Positions 22,550-32,029 of a stretch of DNA of 64,000 nt are shown here, piece after piece. Position numbers and translations under genes: made by a program. A model generated the notes under the pieces. That model ran no database searches. It worked only from the letters and a program-made list of their open reading frames with translations, and was not told where the DNA came from. The stretch covers positions 128,340-192,339 of the forward strand of contig JAFGLG010000005.1 of the NCBI GenBank assembly GCA_016928155.1, given 5' to 3'. The stretch comes from Candidatus Woesearchaeota archaeon. GTDB taxonomy: Archaea; Nanobdellota; Nanobdellia; Woesearchaeales; JAFGLG01. The first letter of the stretch is position 1. The number at the start of each line of letters is the position of its first letter.

Positions 22550-23137
22550 TCATTTCGTGAGATTCAAGGAGAATTCCTGATGATCTATGGCCTGCTCTTC
22601 ACCATCAATCCTCGCAGAAACATCATATTTGCACGACATCTCATTAACAGCAGAGAAGTCAGCTAACTTGAACTCGAAGTTGAAAGCAGCGAACCCGCCT
22701 GGGAACATCCTGGAGACATACACCCTCTGCTTCGGGAAGGTAATATCCTTGTAATCCACCAGAAGCCAAAGGCCGCCATAGGTCTTGATATAAACCCCGT
22801 TATTTGCACAAAAAAGAGCTGGAGTGACCAACTGCATCTCCTGGTCCCCTGCATTATCAATCCTGAACTGGACATAAAGATTCTTATCAATATCACATGT
22901 GTAATCAGCCTGATTTGAACATGAACAGGCTTTGTCAGAACACAGCTTGCCATCACCCATGTAATAAATAGTATCAGTGGGACAGAGATCACAGGCTTCT
23001 GCAGGAGGAGGAGTCTCATTCTTTGGCTCTTGCTTTGCTGGAGCAGGAGGGACATATGGCTGAGCATCATCTGTAGAAAAATAATCAACAACCTTTGTGC
23101 ATCCTCCGACAAGCATAGCAGCAACTAGGACAAACAA
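22550..23137 (-). CDS. Cys-rich lipoprotein-like secreted protein.
   Basis: Signal peptide with lipobox-like LVGGC. About 12 Cys residues. Confidence 0.5.
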   Translation of the reverse strand: MFVLVAAMLVGGCTKVVDYFSTDDAQPYVPPAPAKQEPKNETPPPAEACDLCPTDTIYYMGDGKLCSDKACSCSNQADYTCDIDKNLYVQFRIDNAGDQEMQLVTPALFCANNGVYIKTYGGLWLLVDYKDITFPKQRVYVSRMFPGGFAAFNFEFKLADFSAVNEMSCKYDVSARIDGEEQAIDHQEFSLNLTK

Positions 23138-23233
23138 AACATACCTGAAAAAATATCTATGGTGATCGATTGTATCCCTCTTTTAACACTCTGATGGATT
23201 AATTATTTAAATAGTTATTGATACTGGGCATCC

Positions 23234-23998
23234 ATGGACAAGAAGATCGGACAGAATTTCCTCAAGAACACTGATATCGCAGGAAAAATAGTGAAGGCTC
23301 TTGAGCTCAAAAAGGGAGAGAATGTGCTGGAGATAGGCCCAGGAAAAGGAATCCTGACAAGGATAGTCTCAAGAACAAACAAGATCACAGGGGTAGAGCT
23401 GGACAAAAGCCTGGAGCTGCATATCCCAAACACAGATATCATCTATGGCAACTTCCTCGAGACAGAGCTTGATGGGTTCGACAAGATAATCTCAAACCTG
23501 CCCTATGACATAACAGAGCCCTTCTTTGTCAGGCTGAAGAGCATGAGATTCAAGAAAGGTGTGTTCATGATCGGAGAGAACTTCTATGGGATCATCAAAG
23601 ACAGGATCGGCAGGATGGGAAACATGATATGGGCTTATTTCGATGTCGAGCATATCATGGAAGTAAGCAAGAAGGAATTCTACCCACAGCCCAAGACCAG
23701 ATCCGATGTGATATCTGTCATCCCGATCCCAAAGCAGGACATCAAGGAAAGCAAAAGGAGATTCTACAGAGAGATATTTGACCAGGATGACAAAAAGCTC
23801 AAGAATGCACTGCGGGAAGCCCTGACAAGGATAGGCATGACAAAAAGAGAAGCAAAAGAGGATATCGGAAAACACTTCCTGCCAACACTTGATTTCTCTG
23901 AAAAAAAAGTGGATATGCTGAGCAACAGCGAGATGCAGAGATTAGATGGATGCATAACAAAAGCGATAAAAAACAAAAAAATCAATATCTCCTCCTGA
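23234..23998 (+). CDS. ksgA: 16S/18S rRNA adenine dimethyltransferase.
   Basis: GQNFL, the SAM-binding VLEIGPGKG, and NLPY. Confidence 0.85.
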   Translation: MDKKIGQNFLKNTDIAGKIVKALELKKGENVLEIGPGKGILTRIVSRTNKITGVELDKSLELHIPNTDIIYGNFLETELDGFDKIISNLPYDITEPFFVRLKSMRFKKGVFMIGENFYGIIKDRIGRMGNMIWAYFDVEHIMEVSKKEFYPQPKTRSDVISVIPIPKQDIKESKRRFYREIFDQDDKKLKNALREALTRIGMTKREAKEDIGKHFLPTLDFSEKKVDMLSNSEMQRLDGCITKAIKNKKINISS

Positions 23999-24626
23999 CT
24001 GCAAAAAATACGAGAATACAGCAAGTGAAAGTGAACAAGGCAGTCAGCAATGAGAACTCCGGAGCCTGGCTCGATACAGAATTCAAGTAACCCGGGGTTC
24101 CGCCATTCTCAGTTGATTCAAGCCACGACGTGCTGGCATTATTGTCCAGAGAAGCATCAATGAGCTCCAATGTATAATTGCTGGCACCGCCCCATGAGCT
24201 GTTGTAGAACACAGAGTCCATGACCAAATCTGATGCATCCCTCATCTCCAGGAGCTCTCCTGTGTTTGACAGGGAGCTCCATGTGGAATCAAAAAGTGTT
24301 CCTGAGAATGAAGGGAAATCCAGCAGGAACTGGTCAGCATCATCAGTGATTATAGCGTATGAACCGGCAGGAAGAGTGCCTGAGCCCTGGATTAGTGTAA
24401 GGGAATGAGCTGATCCACCCTCGTAGAACCTGAACCCTGTCATGTCGACAGAGGTCTGCTCATTGAAGAGCTCCACCCATTCATGACCTGAATCAGTGCC
24501 TGCCGGATCATACATAATCTCGTTTATCACGAGAGCATGAACAAAACCTGCAAATAATATCATTGAAAACACAAAAATCAGCATCTTCAGTCTTGGTTTT
24601 ATCATAAAATCACCCTTGAAAATCAA
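23982..24626 (-). CDS. Secreted lamin-tail-domain (LTD) protein with a C-terminal hydrophobic anchor.
   Basis: LTD signature LVINEIMYDPAGTDSGHEWVELFN. N-terminal signal peptide. C-terminal transmembrane segment followed by RRRY. Confidence 0.6.
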   Translation of the reverse strand: MIFKGDFMIKPRLKMLIFVFSMILFAGFVHALVINEIMYDPAGTDSGHEWVELFNEQTSVDMTGFRFYEGGSAHSLTLIQGSGTLPAGSYAIITDDADQFLLDFPSFSGTLFDSTWSSLSNTGELLEMRDASDLVMDSVFYNSSWGGASNYTLELIDASLDNNASTSWLESTENGGTPGYLNSVSSQAPEFSLLTALFTFTCCILVFFAVRRRY

Positions 24627-24760
24627 AAGGCATGGGATTTAATATCCTTTTCTGGCCAGAATCCAGAAAGGTTTTCCTGATATGGGAAACCCTCTGTCTG
24701 CTGTGAAATTATTCTGGAAAAAATCCCGAAAATCAGAAGTTCTCCGGAAAACGTGCCGTC

Positions 24761-25186
24761 TCAACGCATCATCCTCGCCAAAAAGACAGAAAGGACAGAG
24801 ATGAAAAAAACTGATGATAACGCCGACAAGAACAATGAAATGATCCTGAGGAAATCCTGCGTAAAACTCACAAAAAGGCCATGCGGCAGAAAGGCAGGAG
24901 ATATCAGTAGCATGAGCAGGATCGAGATGACATACGGATTCATGCCGAATCTGGCAATCGGGATTGACCGGGTGCATATCAATGCAGATGATATTATCAG
25001 GATACTCGCAGACAATATCAGCATATGGAACCTGACAGGGAAGATGCCTTTGATGAACAACCACAGCAGCCAGCAGAAAATTCCGGAGTGCGATACAACA
25101 AGGAAATCCTTCACCTTCTCCTTCATGAGCAGCCTGCCGAGGACAAGCAGAGAGACCAGGAAGAGAGCTGAGACAATGTATATCAA
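24761..25186 (-). CDS. Hypothetical membrane protein. Strand and frame at this locus are uncertain.
   Basis: Hydrophobic ORF. A purine-rich ORF overlaps it on the opposite strand. Confidence 0.3.
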   Translation of the reverse strand: MIYIVSALFLVSLLVLGRLLMKEKVKDFLVVSHSGIFCWLLWLFIKGIFPVRFHMLILSASILIISSALICTRSIPIARFGMNPYVISILLMLLISPAFLPHGLFVSFTQDFLRIISLFLSALSSVFFISVLSVFLARMMR

Positions 25187-25374
25187 GCGAACCCACCGAC
25201 AAAACCCTTGATGAGAATCAGCAGAACAATGAAGCCTGATGACAAGACTATATGGAGGAAGAGCCTTGAGGAATCCTCACCACCCCTGCGGACCTGCAGG
25301 AGCTCGACTGCCACGGATACCAGCACCAGATAGACAAGACAATATGCTTCAGGAGACATGGATATATCAATCAC
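25183..25374 (-). CDS. Small hypothetical membrane protein. Its stop overlaps the start of 24761..25186 as ATGA.
   Basis: Hydrophobic ORF with a 4-nt overlap on the downstream ORF, suggesting coupling or a frameshifted single gene. Confidence 0.3.
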   Translation of the reverse strand: MIDISMSPEAYCLVYLVLVSVAVELLQVRRGGEDSSRLFLHIVLSSGFIVLLILIKGFVGGFA

Positions 25375-25443
25375 CTATGGATTCATTAATCTTAGGCATG
25401 AAAAACCGGAAATTTTTTATATCTGGGATGCCAGGATCATGAC

Positions 25444-26139
25444 ATGCTGAAAACACCAATAATCATGATCAATTTCAAGGCATATGAACAGGCGATCGGG
25501 GACAAGGGTGTGCAGCTGGCGCAGATCTGCGAGATGGTGTCAGTCAAGAGGAACATACCCATCGCGGTCGCTGTGCAGACAGCAGACATCTACAAGATGA
25601 GCCACACAGTCAACATACCTGTGCTTGCGCAGCATGTCGACGCTGACGAATTCGGAAGCCACACAGGAAGCGATATTGCCGAGGACATAGAGCAGAACGG
25701 GGCTGTGGGCACACTCCTCAACCATTCAGAGCACAGGATGAGGATCGATGTGCTTGAGCAGAGCATTGACCGGGCAAAAAAAGCAGGGCTTGCTACAATT
25801 GTGTGCGCCAACACACCAGAGATTGCAGAGGCAGTTGCTGTATTCTCTCCTGATTTCATCGCAGTCGAGCCGCCAGAGCTGATCGGTGGGACCATTTCTG
25901 TGTCTTCGGCAAAGCCTGAAGTGATCACAGAGACAGTGAAGCTCGTAAGGAAGGTGGATAAGAGAATCAAGATATTGTGCGGAGCAGGAGTCCACACAGC
26001 AGAAGATGTGAGGATTGCGCTGAAACTTGGGACTGACGGAGTGCTTCTTGCATCAGGGATCACAAAGGCATCTGATCCTGCAAGTGTCCTGAATGAGCTG
26101 TGCGACGGCATAAGGAAACCCCTTCTCAAACAGGTATAG
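25444..26139 (+). CDS. tpiA: Triosephosphate isomerase of the short archaeal type.
   Basis: About 231 aa. Motifs INFKAYE and LNHSEHR, plus the AVEPPELIGG catalytic region. Confidence 0.85.
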   Translation: MLKTPIIMINFKAYEQAIGDKGVQLAQICEMVSVKRNIPIAVAVQTADIYKMSHTVNIPVLAQHVDADEFGSHTGSDIAEDIEQNGAVGTLLNHSEHRMRIDVLEQSIDRAKKAGLATIVCANTPEIAEAVAVFSPDFIAVEPPELIGGTISVSSAKPEVITETVKLVRKVDKRIKILCGAGVHTAEDVRIALKLGTDGVLLASGITKASDPASVLNELCDGIRKPLLKQV

Positions 26140-26199
26140 ACAATTAGGACTACCCTAAAATAGTAAATTATATAAATATCTATTATTGCCTACTGACAC

Positions 26200-26637
26200 A
26201 TGGATCTTGTCAACATAATAAGGGAATCAGAACCGATCCTCGCAGAGCTTGGACAAGCTACGGCAGTAGGCCTGCCAGCATATATAGGAATGTGCGCATT
26301 GAGGGGCGCACGCAGAGGGACTGATGTGATACAGCAGTTTGCAAGCCCGATAAACATAGGTGTTGGACTGGCTGCAGCAATAGTCTATGCATATTTTCAT
26401 GAGTTAGATATGACTGCACTGCATCACACCTCAGGCATGGTATGGCAGCTGACAGGAGCAGGGGCAGCAGGGGCTGCAATGGGCAGTGTGATAAGACCAT
26501 TCTACAGGGCGACATTAAACCAGGCACAAGGGTTCATCGCAGACTTTCCGCAGAACTCCCCGCGCGGTGCAGCAATCGGAGCAGCAATCGGACCTGTATT
26601 GTACGGGATAGCACATGGGCTCATGAAGTACCTGTGA
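26200..26637 (+). CDS. Gly/Ala-rich hypothetical membrane protein.
   Basis: ORF only. Glycine-zipper-like stretches. Confidence 0.3.
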   Translation: MDLVNIIRESEPILAELGQATAVGLPAYIGMCALRGARRGTDVIQQFASPINIGVGLAAAIVYAYFHELDMTALHHTSGMVWQLTGAGAAGAAMGSVIRPFYRATLNQAQGFIADFPQNSPRGAAIGAAIGPVLYGIAHGLMKYL

Positions 26638-26658
26638 GAACATCACAGAACCAAGACA

Positions 26659-27198
26659 CTACTTGACTTCCACATAGATCTTCTTCACAGGAGCATACTC
26701 ATTGCCCCCATCATATGTGACAAAGGCATCAATGACATAAGTGCAGGCCATAGTCTCCTTCTTCGCCCTTACAGCGACGAGAAATATGAACTGGTCATTG
26801 TTCCTTATCGGCTGGGAGATGACAAGGCTCTGGGATGCTGTGGTGATCTCCAAGGAAGTGGCATCGCACCCCGCAATGGATTTTGGGACTAAAGTCAGGG
26901 TGAATGTGTTCTCTGGGGCCGTGTTCAGCACATTGAGCACGCCGACACCATAGGTCGCGACCTCTGCCTTGCTTATCTCCTTCCTGTTGACAGGAACAGC
27001 AACCTTGCTCCCGTCATAGAGCAGGGACTTTATCTCTCTCTCAGTGGCGGTGTCAAGCTGGAGCTTCAGGGATTCGGCTTTCGTGAAGAACTTGGCCATC
27101 AGATAGAAGCTGCCGCTCAATATGACAATAGAAAGTATCATTATCGTCAGGAAGTTTATCGATAGTTCAAAACCCTTCTTAGATGTCAGCATTGGCAA
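26659..27198 (-). CDS. Type IV pilin-like protein with a class III signal peptide.
   Basis: N-terminus KKG|FELSINFLTIMILSIVIL matches the pattern of basic residue, Gly or Ala, then hydrophobic helix. Shares the ELSIN motif with 28839..29318. Confidence 0.5.
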   Translation of the reverse strand: MPMLTSKKGFELSINFLTIMILSIVILSGSFYLMAKFFTKAESLKLQLDTATEREIKSLLYDGSKVAVPVNRKEISKAEVATYGVGVLNVLNTAPENTFTLTLVPKSIAGCDATSLEITTASQSLVISQPIRNNDQFIFLVAVRAKKETMACTYVIDAFVTYDGGNEYAPVKKIYVEVK

Positions 27199-28609
27199 AG
27201 TTCACCTTTGATCTGAACTGGTATTCCTTTATCTCATCAAACACATTCTCCATCTGGCCGCCGAATTTCGAATACTGATATGCACAGTGCACCCTGACCT
27301 TGACCTGCTTCTGGGACTCCTCATCCTCACCCAGAGGAAAATTCACAGGGATGCTGAAGGACTTCATGTCCCTTATCGACTGCAGGGTATTTTCAGAGAA
27401 CAGATCAATCTTGCCCAAGAGCAGCTCCCCTTCGACAAGCTCTATCTTATTTATCGTGACAACAGTGGCAAGATCAGGTGAAACAGACACAAGCTCAAGC
27501 TTTATGTCAAAAGAGTCCTTGTTGACATTGAACGGATCATTGAAATTTGACTCCATGTTTATCTTGAACTTCGTGTACGAAAGCTCTGCCGAAAGCGTGC
27601 TGAGGCTCTGCTGGGCAAGCTTCGACTGACAGTCATTCTGGTAGCAGACAGCTGTCATATGGTCTGAGATCTGCCCATCGCACGGCCCGCAGTCGCCCGG
27701 ACAGGAACACTTGTTCTCATTCGATTCGCAGATGAAGTTGCCGCACCTGTTGGGTATAGGATCATGGGTGCAGAGCAGAGTTCCCTCGATGCACTCATCC
27801 TTTGTAGCCGGATTATTGTCATTGCAGTCCACATCATCACAGACATATACCCTGGTCGGGACCAGGAAATTATATTGTGCAGATGCTTTCTCAGTGAAGG
27901 AATCCCTCACAGTCTTCTCTGAACCGAAAGATGTCTTCCTGTATTCATAGAAAACCTTTACGGCGAGTGTCTGGAGACTTTCAGGCTGAGGGAAATCACA
28001 GGTTGCTATTATCTCTGTTTTCATAGATGCGCCAGGACCCCACATCGGCCTGTTCAGCTCCTTCTCACCAATGACAAACTCCTTGGCTGCAAAACCTGTG
28101 CCTGAAGAGCCCAGTACCTGGATCTTCGATATCATGAAATCCTCTATGCCATCTGACATATCGGTTATCTCGAGCTCCACATCAAAGACAGAGGACTTGA
28201 CATCAAAAGGCTGGTCAAGAGTCATCTTGATGTCTGTCTTGAAATCAAAAGTCGACTTGGCGAAGGTGACAGGAGTCCTTGTCTTGCTTCCCTTGACATC
28301 AAGCGCGCATTGGTCATTATCCGGACCGCAGCTGTATTCAAGGCCGGTAAAAGCAGTCGCATTACCTTTAGGACCGCACTTGCCGCAGTCGACCATGCAT
28401 GTGCATTCGTTCTCAGAATCCTCGCATACCTTGTTCCCACAGCAGTTCTGCTGAGGACTATACACACATTTTCCGTCAACACATGAGGAATCAAAGCATG
28501 TCTTTGCCTGGCAATCGCTTTTCTTCTCGCACTCCTTGCCGCCGCAGCCAGATAGGATTACAGAGAAAACTAGGATTACAAGAAAAAAAATGAAAATCTT
28601 ACGGTTCAT
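27179..28609 (-). CDS. Large Cys-rich secreted protein (476 aa) with a lipobox-like signal (LSGCGG).
   Basis: Signal peptide and many CxxC/CG motifs. Its start overlaps the stop of the upstream operon gene by 4 nt. Confidence 0.55.
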   Translation of the reverse strand: MNRKIFIFFLVILVFSVILSGCGGKECEKKSDCQAKTCFDSSCVDGKCVYSPQQNCCGNKVCEDSENECTCMVDCGKCGPKGNATAFTGLEYSCGPDNDQCALDVKGSKTRTPVTFAKSTFDFKTDIKMTLDQPFDVKSSVFDVELEITDMSDGIEDFMISKIQVLGSSGTGFAAKEFVIGEKELNRPMWGPGASMKTEIIATCDFPQPESLQTLAVKVFYEYRKTSFGSEKTVRDSFTEKASAQYNFLVPTRVYVCDDVDCNDNNPATKDECIEGTLLCTHDPIPNRCGNFICESNENKCSCPGDCGPCDGQISDHMTAVCYQNDCQSKLAQQSLSTLSAELSYTKFKINMESNFNDPFNVNKDSFDIKLELVSVSPDLATVVTINKIELVEGELLLGKIDLFSENTLQSIRDMKSFSIPVNFPLGEDEESQKQVKVRVHCAYQYSKFGGQMENVFDEIKEYQFRSKVNFANADI

Positions 28610-28842
28610 TTTAGGAATTCATATTCCTTAATGATCAGGACCATGAAAAGCACAAGCACAATCGCTCCTGCAACCATATAAGTCAATCCAGACATGATCT
28701 GATCAGTGTTGCCGGTCCTCATGATCCAGACACCTGCAGCCATGATACCAAAACCAAGCCAAAGGAACTTGTCAAGGACAAGCTTCATGATCTCAAATTC
28801 CTGGGCAGCTGAAAGCCTTTTCTTCATCTTCATGGATATCAC
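28606..28842 (-). CDS. Small membrane protein of 78 aa with two transmembrane segments.
   Basis: Overlaps both neighbouring genes by 4 nt. Confidence 0.45.
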   Translation of the reverse strand: MISMKMKKRLSAAQEFEIMKLVLDKFLWLGFGIMAAGVWIMRTGNTDQIMSGLTYMVAGAIVLVLFMVLIIKEYEFLK

Positions 28843-29318
28843 CTTACATCAAATGTTATCTGAGTCGAGGCAATGGGCCCCTGAACCGCGTGCACAGACT
28901 GGATAGTACATACAACCAGACCCTCAGGCAGTGAGTTCTGGGATATGATAATCCTGAAAGTCTTGTCTGTCCCGGAATCAACGTTCTGAGGCTCACCCTG
29001 GACCTGATATGTGCCGCATGTCAGGAACGGAACAATAGGAGCTGTCTCGAATGAGTTGTATATCTGTATTGTCAGGGCAGTCGCCTTGGCCCTCTGGACA
29101 CTTATCTGGTCACCAGAAGGAGTGACAATCGGCTCTTCAGCGCTTGCCGGCAAATCAGGTTCCGGGACATAAAGCGTCTGGCCGAACTTGGTGAACATCC
29201 TCTTAGTGAATGCGATACCAAGCCCCAACATTGTAATCGCGAGAACAAGAATAACAATAGCATTGATAGAGAGCTCCATAGAACCTGCTCTTCTTAGCTT
29301 ACCGCTAAAGATTTTCAT
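28839..29318 (-). CDS. Type IV pilin-like protein with a class III signal peptide.
   Basis: N-terminus RRAG|SMELSINAIVILVLAITMLG. First gene of the four-gene minus-strand operon. Confidence 0.5.
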   Translation of the reverse strand: MKIFSGKLRRAGSMELSINAIVILVLAITMLGLGIAFTKRMFTKFGQTLYVPEPDLPASAEEPIVTPSGDQISVQRAKATALTIQIYNSFETAPIVPFLTCGTYQVQGEPQNVDSGTDKTFRIIISQNSLPEGLVVCTIQSVHAVQGPIASTQITFDVR

Positions 29319-29420
29319 TCAACTTCACCTCTTTTGCCTGACAAAATAATCATAATCAACCAGTTACAAATGGGGTTGGTGCTTTATAAAGGTTTTGATA
29401 ATTGCAGTATATTTTATACA

Positions 29421-29582
29421 GGCTCTGTCCGGAATCTCGCTAACGCTAGGGTTAGTGGCTTCAAAGTCCCTGTTAAAACCAATCCAAAGCTGACATTTCC
29501 CGTAGGGAGCTCCTTTGTCAGCCAGAAAATCACTCATTAGGACTTTGACCCGATGCCACTAACCTACATTCCGGACAGAGCC
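29421..29582. ncRNA. Long imperfect inverted repeat forming a predicted stem-bulge-stem-stem structure of about 160 nt. Candidate structured RNA; strand unknown.
   Basis: 15-bp perfect outer stem GGCTCTGTCCGGAAT / ATTCCGGACAGAGCC. Inner stems GGTTAGTGGC/GCCACTAACC and CAAAGTCC/GGACTTTG. Intergenic between the pilin operon and rpl10e. Confidence 0.35.
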
Positions 29583-29707
29583 TTTTATACAGAAACATTT
29601 AAATGCAGAGAATCTCTTGATTTTCTTATTTAAAGGATGGGGGATCACAGGAATTTCCAATACCTTTAAAAACAAGCCCTTTTCATCAGAAAAACCAGGT
29701 AACAAAT

Positions 29708-30229
29708 ATGGCACGAATAAGGAAATTTTGCGCATACAGACGCCTTGAAAGGCCTTACACCCGAAAAAGCAAGTACAGGGAGAAGAGCTATGTAAGAGCA
29801 TCTCCGGTATGCAAGGTGGTGAGATTCCACATGGGCAACCTGCAAAAGAAATTCCCTTTCTCACTCAGACTTATCTCAAAGAGCAGCCTTCAGATCAGGG
29901 ACAATGCAATTGAATCTGCAAGGCAGATCAGCAACAAGGCCCTTGAAAAGAAGCTCGGCAAGACAGGATTCCAGATGATCATCAAAGTCTATCCTCATCA
30001 CATACTGAGGGAGAATCCCCTGGCAGCAGGTGCAGGAGCAGACAGGATGAGCACGGGGATGGCCCACAGCTTCGGAAAGGCGATAGGCATCGCAGCCAGG
30101 GTGAAGAAAGGGCAGACACTCATCCATGTTTTTGTCGAGAAAGATCATGTGCCTGTCGCCAAACAGGCCCTGAAGCTCGCAGGATCAAAGCTCCCGTGCT
30201 CGACATCCATAGTGATCGACAAAGCTTGA
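29708..30229 (+). CDS. rpl10e: Ribosomal protein L10e (uL16).
   Basis: N-terminus ARIRKFCAYRRLERPYTRKSKY is typical. TATA box (CCTTTAAAAA) about 35 nt upstream. Confidence 0.85.
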   Translation: MARIRKFCAYRRLERPYTRKSKYREKSYVRASPVCKVVRFHMGNLQKKFPFSLRLISKSSLQIRDNAIESARQISNKALEKKLGKTGFQMIIKVYPHHILRENPLAAGAGADRMSTGMAHSFGKAIGIAARVKKGQTLIHVFVEKDHVPVAKQALKLAGSKLPCSTSIVIDKA

Positions 30230-30240
30230 GCTTTTAAGAG

Positions 30241-31350
30241 GTGGAGCAAATGCTTAACAACACATTATTCACTAATATCACACAAGGTTCTCTGGTCAGA
30301 TATGAATCATACCTTTCAAACCCTATTGTGCAGGCAAAATATCTCATGGCACTGTGCATATTTGTCGGCTTCTGGATAATATCTGAAGCAATACTCTTCA
30401 TCACCAGAAAATATGTAGAGGCACTGTTCGCCAAGACAGAGACAGATGTCGATGACAGGCTCATAGCAAAGACAAAGAGGCCCATAGCATGGTGGCTGAG
30501 GATAGTGGGCCTGAGACTCGGCATTTCTTACCTTGCGTATGAAGGGACGTTAGAAGTCATACTTGAAAGATTGCTTGATACATTGCACATAATACTTTTC
30601 ATGTATATCCTTATCGCATTATTCAATGCATTCATAGAGTTCTTCGGACACAAATGGGCAAAGAAATCAAAGACCTCACTTGATGATCAGCTTCTGCCAT
30701 TAGTGCACAGGATAATGTCAATAATCATGGCAGTCATCGGAGTCATATGGATAATCAAGACATGGGGAGTCGAGATAACACCCTTCCTTGCATCACTAGG
30801 TATTGCCGGCTTGGCCATATCATTCGCATTTCAGGATGCGCTCAAGAACATCATCGGCGGCGTTGCGCTGATACTTGACAAGAACTTCAACCTGAACGAC
30901 AGCGTCAGGTTAAGTTCTGGAGAGACAGGCAGGGTGAGGGAGATAGGCCTCCGCAGCACAAAGATACAATCATGGGATGGCGAACTGATAATAATCCCTA
31001 ACGGTGTGCTCTCAAATGCGACCATCTGGAATGTCGATCTCCCCCACAAGAAGCTCAGGGTAGTTGTGAATGCCGGTGTGGCTTATGGCAGCGATATCGA
31101 CAAGGTCAAGAAGATCATAATGAAAGAGATCAAGACAGTGAAGGACATTGTCGATGATCCAGCACCTTATATAGAATTTACCGGCATGGGGGACTTTGCA
31201 TTGAACATTGCAGTCAAGGTCTGGATACCCAACTCATCGGTCAAGATAGAAGTAAAGGATGAGCTGACAACAAAGATATACAATGCATTCAAGAAGAACA
31301 GGATAGAGATACCCTTCCCGACAAGGACCATCTATACCAAGAAGGGTTAA
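30241..31350 (+). CDS. mscS: Small-conductance mechanosensitive channel, MscS family.
   Basis: Transmembrane segments followed by a conserved MscS beta-domain (ITPFLASLGIAGLAISFAFQDAL...GELIIIPNG). Confidence 0.8.
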   Translation: MEQMLNNTLFTNITQGSLVRYESYLSNPIVQAKYLMALCIFVGFWIISEAILFITRKYVEALFAKTETDVDDRLIAKTKRPIAWWLRIVGLRLGISYLAYEGTLEVILERLLDTLHIILFMYILIALFNAFIEFFGHKWAKKSKTSLDDQLLPLVHRIMSIIMAVIGVIWIIKTWGVEITPFLASLGIAGLAISFAFQDALKNIIGGVALILDKNFNLNDSVRLSSGETGRVREIGLRSTKIQSWDGELIIIPNGVLSNATIWNVDLPHKKLRVVVNAGVAYGSDIDKVKKIIMKEIKTVKDIVDDPAPYIEFTGMGDFALNIAVKVWIPNSSVKIEVKDELTTKIYNAFKKNRIEIPFPTRTIYTKKG

Positions 31351-31381
31351 TTTTTTATATTTAGACATATTCTGATAGGGC

Positions 31382-31552
31382 ATGGACGAGCTAAAAACCA
31401 ACTTCAAGGTCCCTGAAGGCCATGTATGCCAGGGCTGTCTTAAGTATGAGCAGTTCGGCCCAAAATGCTGGGTCTACTGGGAGAAGAAGAAGATCTGCAC
31501 GCACAGGGTCGTGAATGTGGATGAGCTTTCTATGGAAAAGATGATGAAGTAA
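31382..31552 (+). CDS. Small hypothetical Cys-containing protein of 56 aa; possible zinc ribbon.
   Basis: Translates as MDELKTNFKVPEGHVCQGCLKYEQFGPKCWVYWEKKKICTHR... Not in the ORF track because it is shorter than 60 aa. Confidence 0.25.
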   Translation: MDELKTNFKVPEGHVCQGCLKYEQFGPKCWVYWEKKKICTHRVVNVDELSMEKMMK

Positions 31553-31964
31553 GTCTTGAGTCAATAATCTTCATTAGCTTACTTATAATCTCCTTTAGTT
31601 TCTCTTCGTTCCTCCTAAGATATTCTTTTGGGACAAACCTGCCCTCATAAACCACCTGATTCCTCTTTATGCGCATTTGATCAATCAGGGCTATCTCAGA
31701 TTCAATGAAGTCATTATAAAACTTACCAAGATACAGGACCAGTGCCTCATGACTTACTGTCTTGAATCCATCTATGGCCATCAGCGCAACAATCAACTCC
31801 TTAATAATCTTATAATATTTCTCAACAACTAAAGAAGGATATCTATCATGATCAATATTATTGGCTTCGATCCTGGCATTAGCCATCTTTAAAATGGATC
31901 TGGACTTTGCTATGTCAGGAGAGACCTTATAAACCATATGCTCAATATCATTCCATGTTTTCAT
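31530..31964 (-). CDS. HEPN-domain protein, putative partner of the adjacent nucleotidyltransferase.
   Basis: About 145 aa, helical, adjacent to a minimal NTase. C-terminal R....Y motif region. Confidence 0.5.
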   Translation of the reverse strand: MKTWNDIEHMVYKVSPDIAKSRSILKMANARIEANNIDHDRYPSLVVEKYYKIIKELIVALMAIDGFKTVSHEALVLYLGKFYNDFIESEIALIDQMRIKRNQVVYEGRFVPKEYLRRNEEKLKEIISKLMKIIDSRLTSSSFP

Positions 31965-32029
31965 GATTGATAAAGATAATCAGAATTATTATGCCTTTTG
32001 CAGATTTATCGAGCAGAAATCTTCAAAAA

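Noticed and set aside
24639-25202. A 187-aa Cys/His-rich minus-strand ORF.
   Set aside because: It has no recognisable fold or motif and overlaps two better membrane-protein candidates. It is retained only as a note within the ambiguous-locus finding.
29334-29540. A 68-aa plus-strand ORF in the pilin-to-rpl10e intergenic region.
   Set aside because: It sits entirely inside the long inverted-repeat structure, has no ribosome-binding site and no coding-like composition. It is more plausibly part of a structured or regulatory element.
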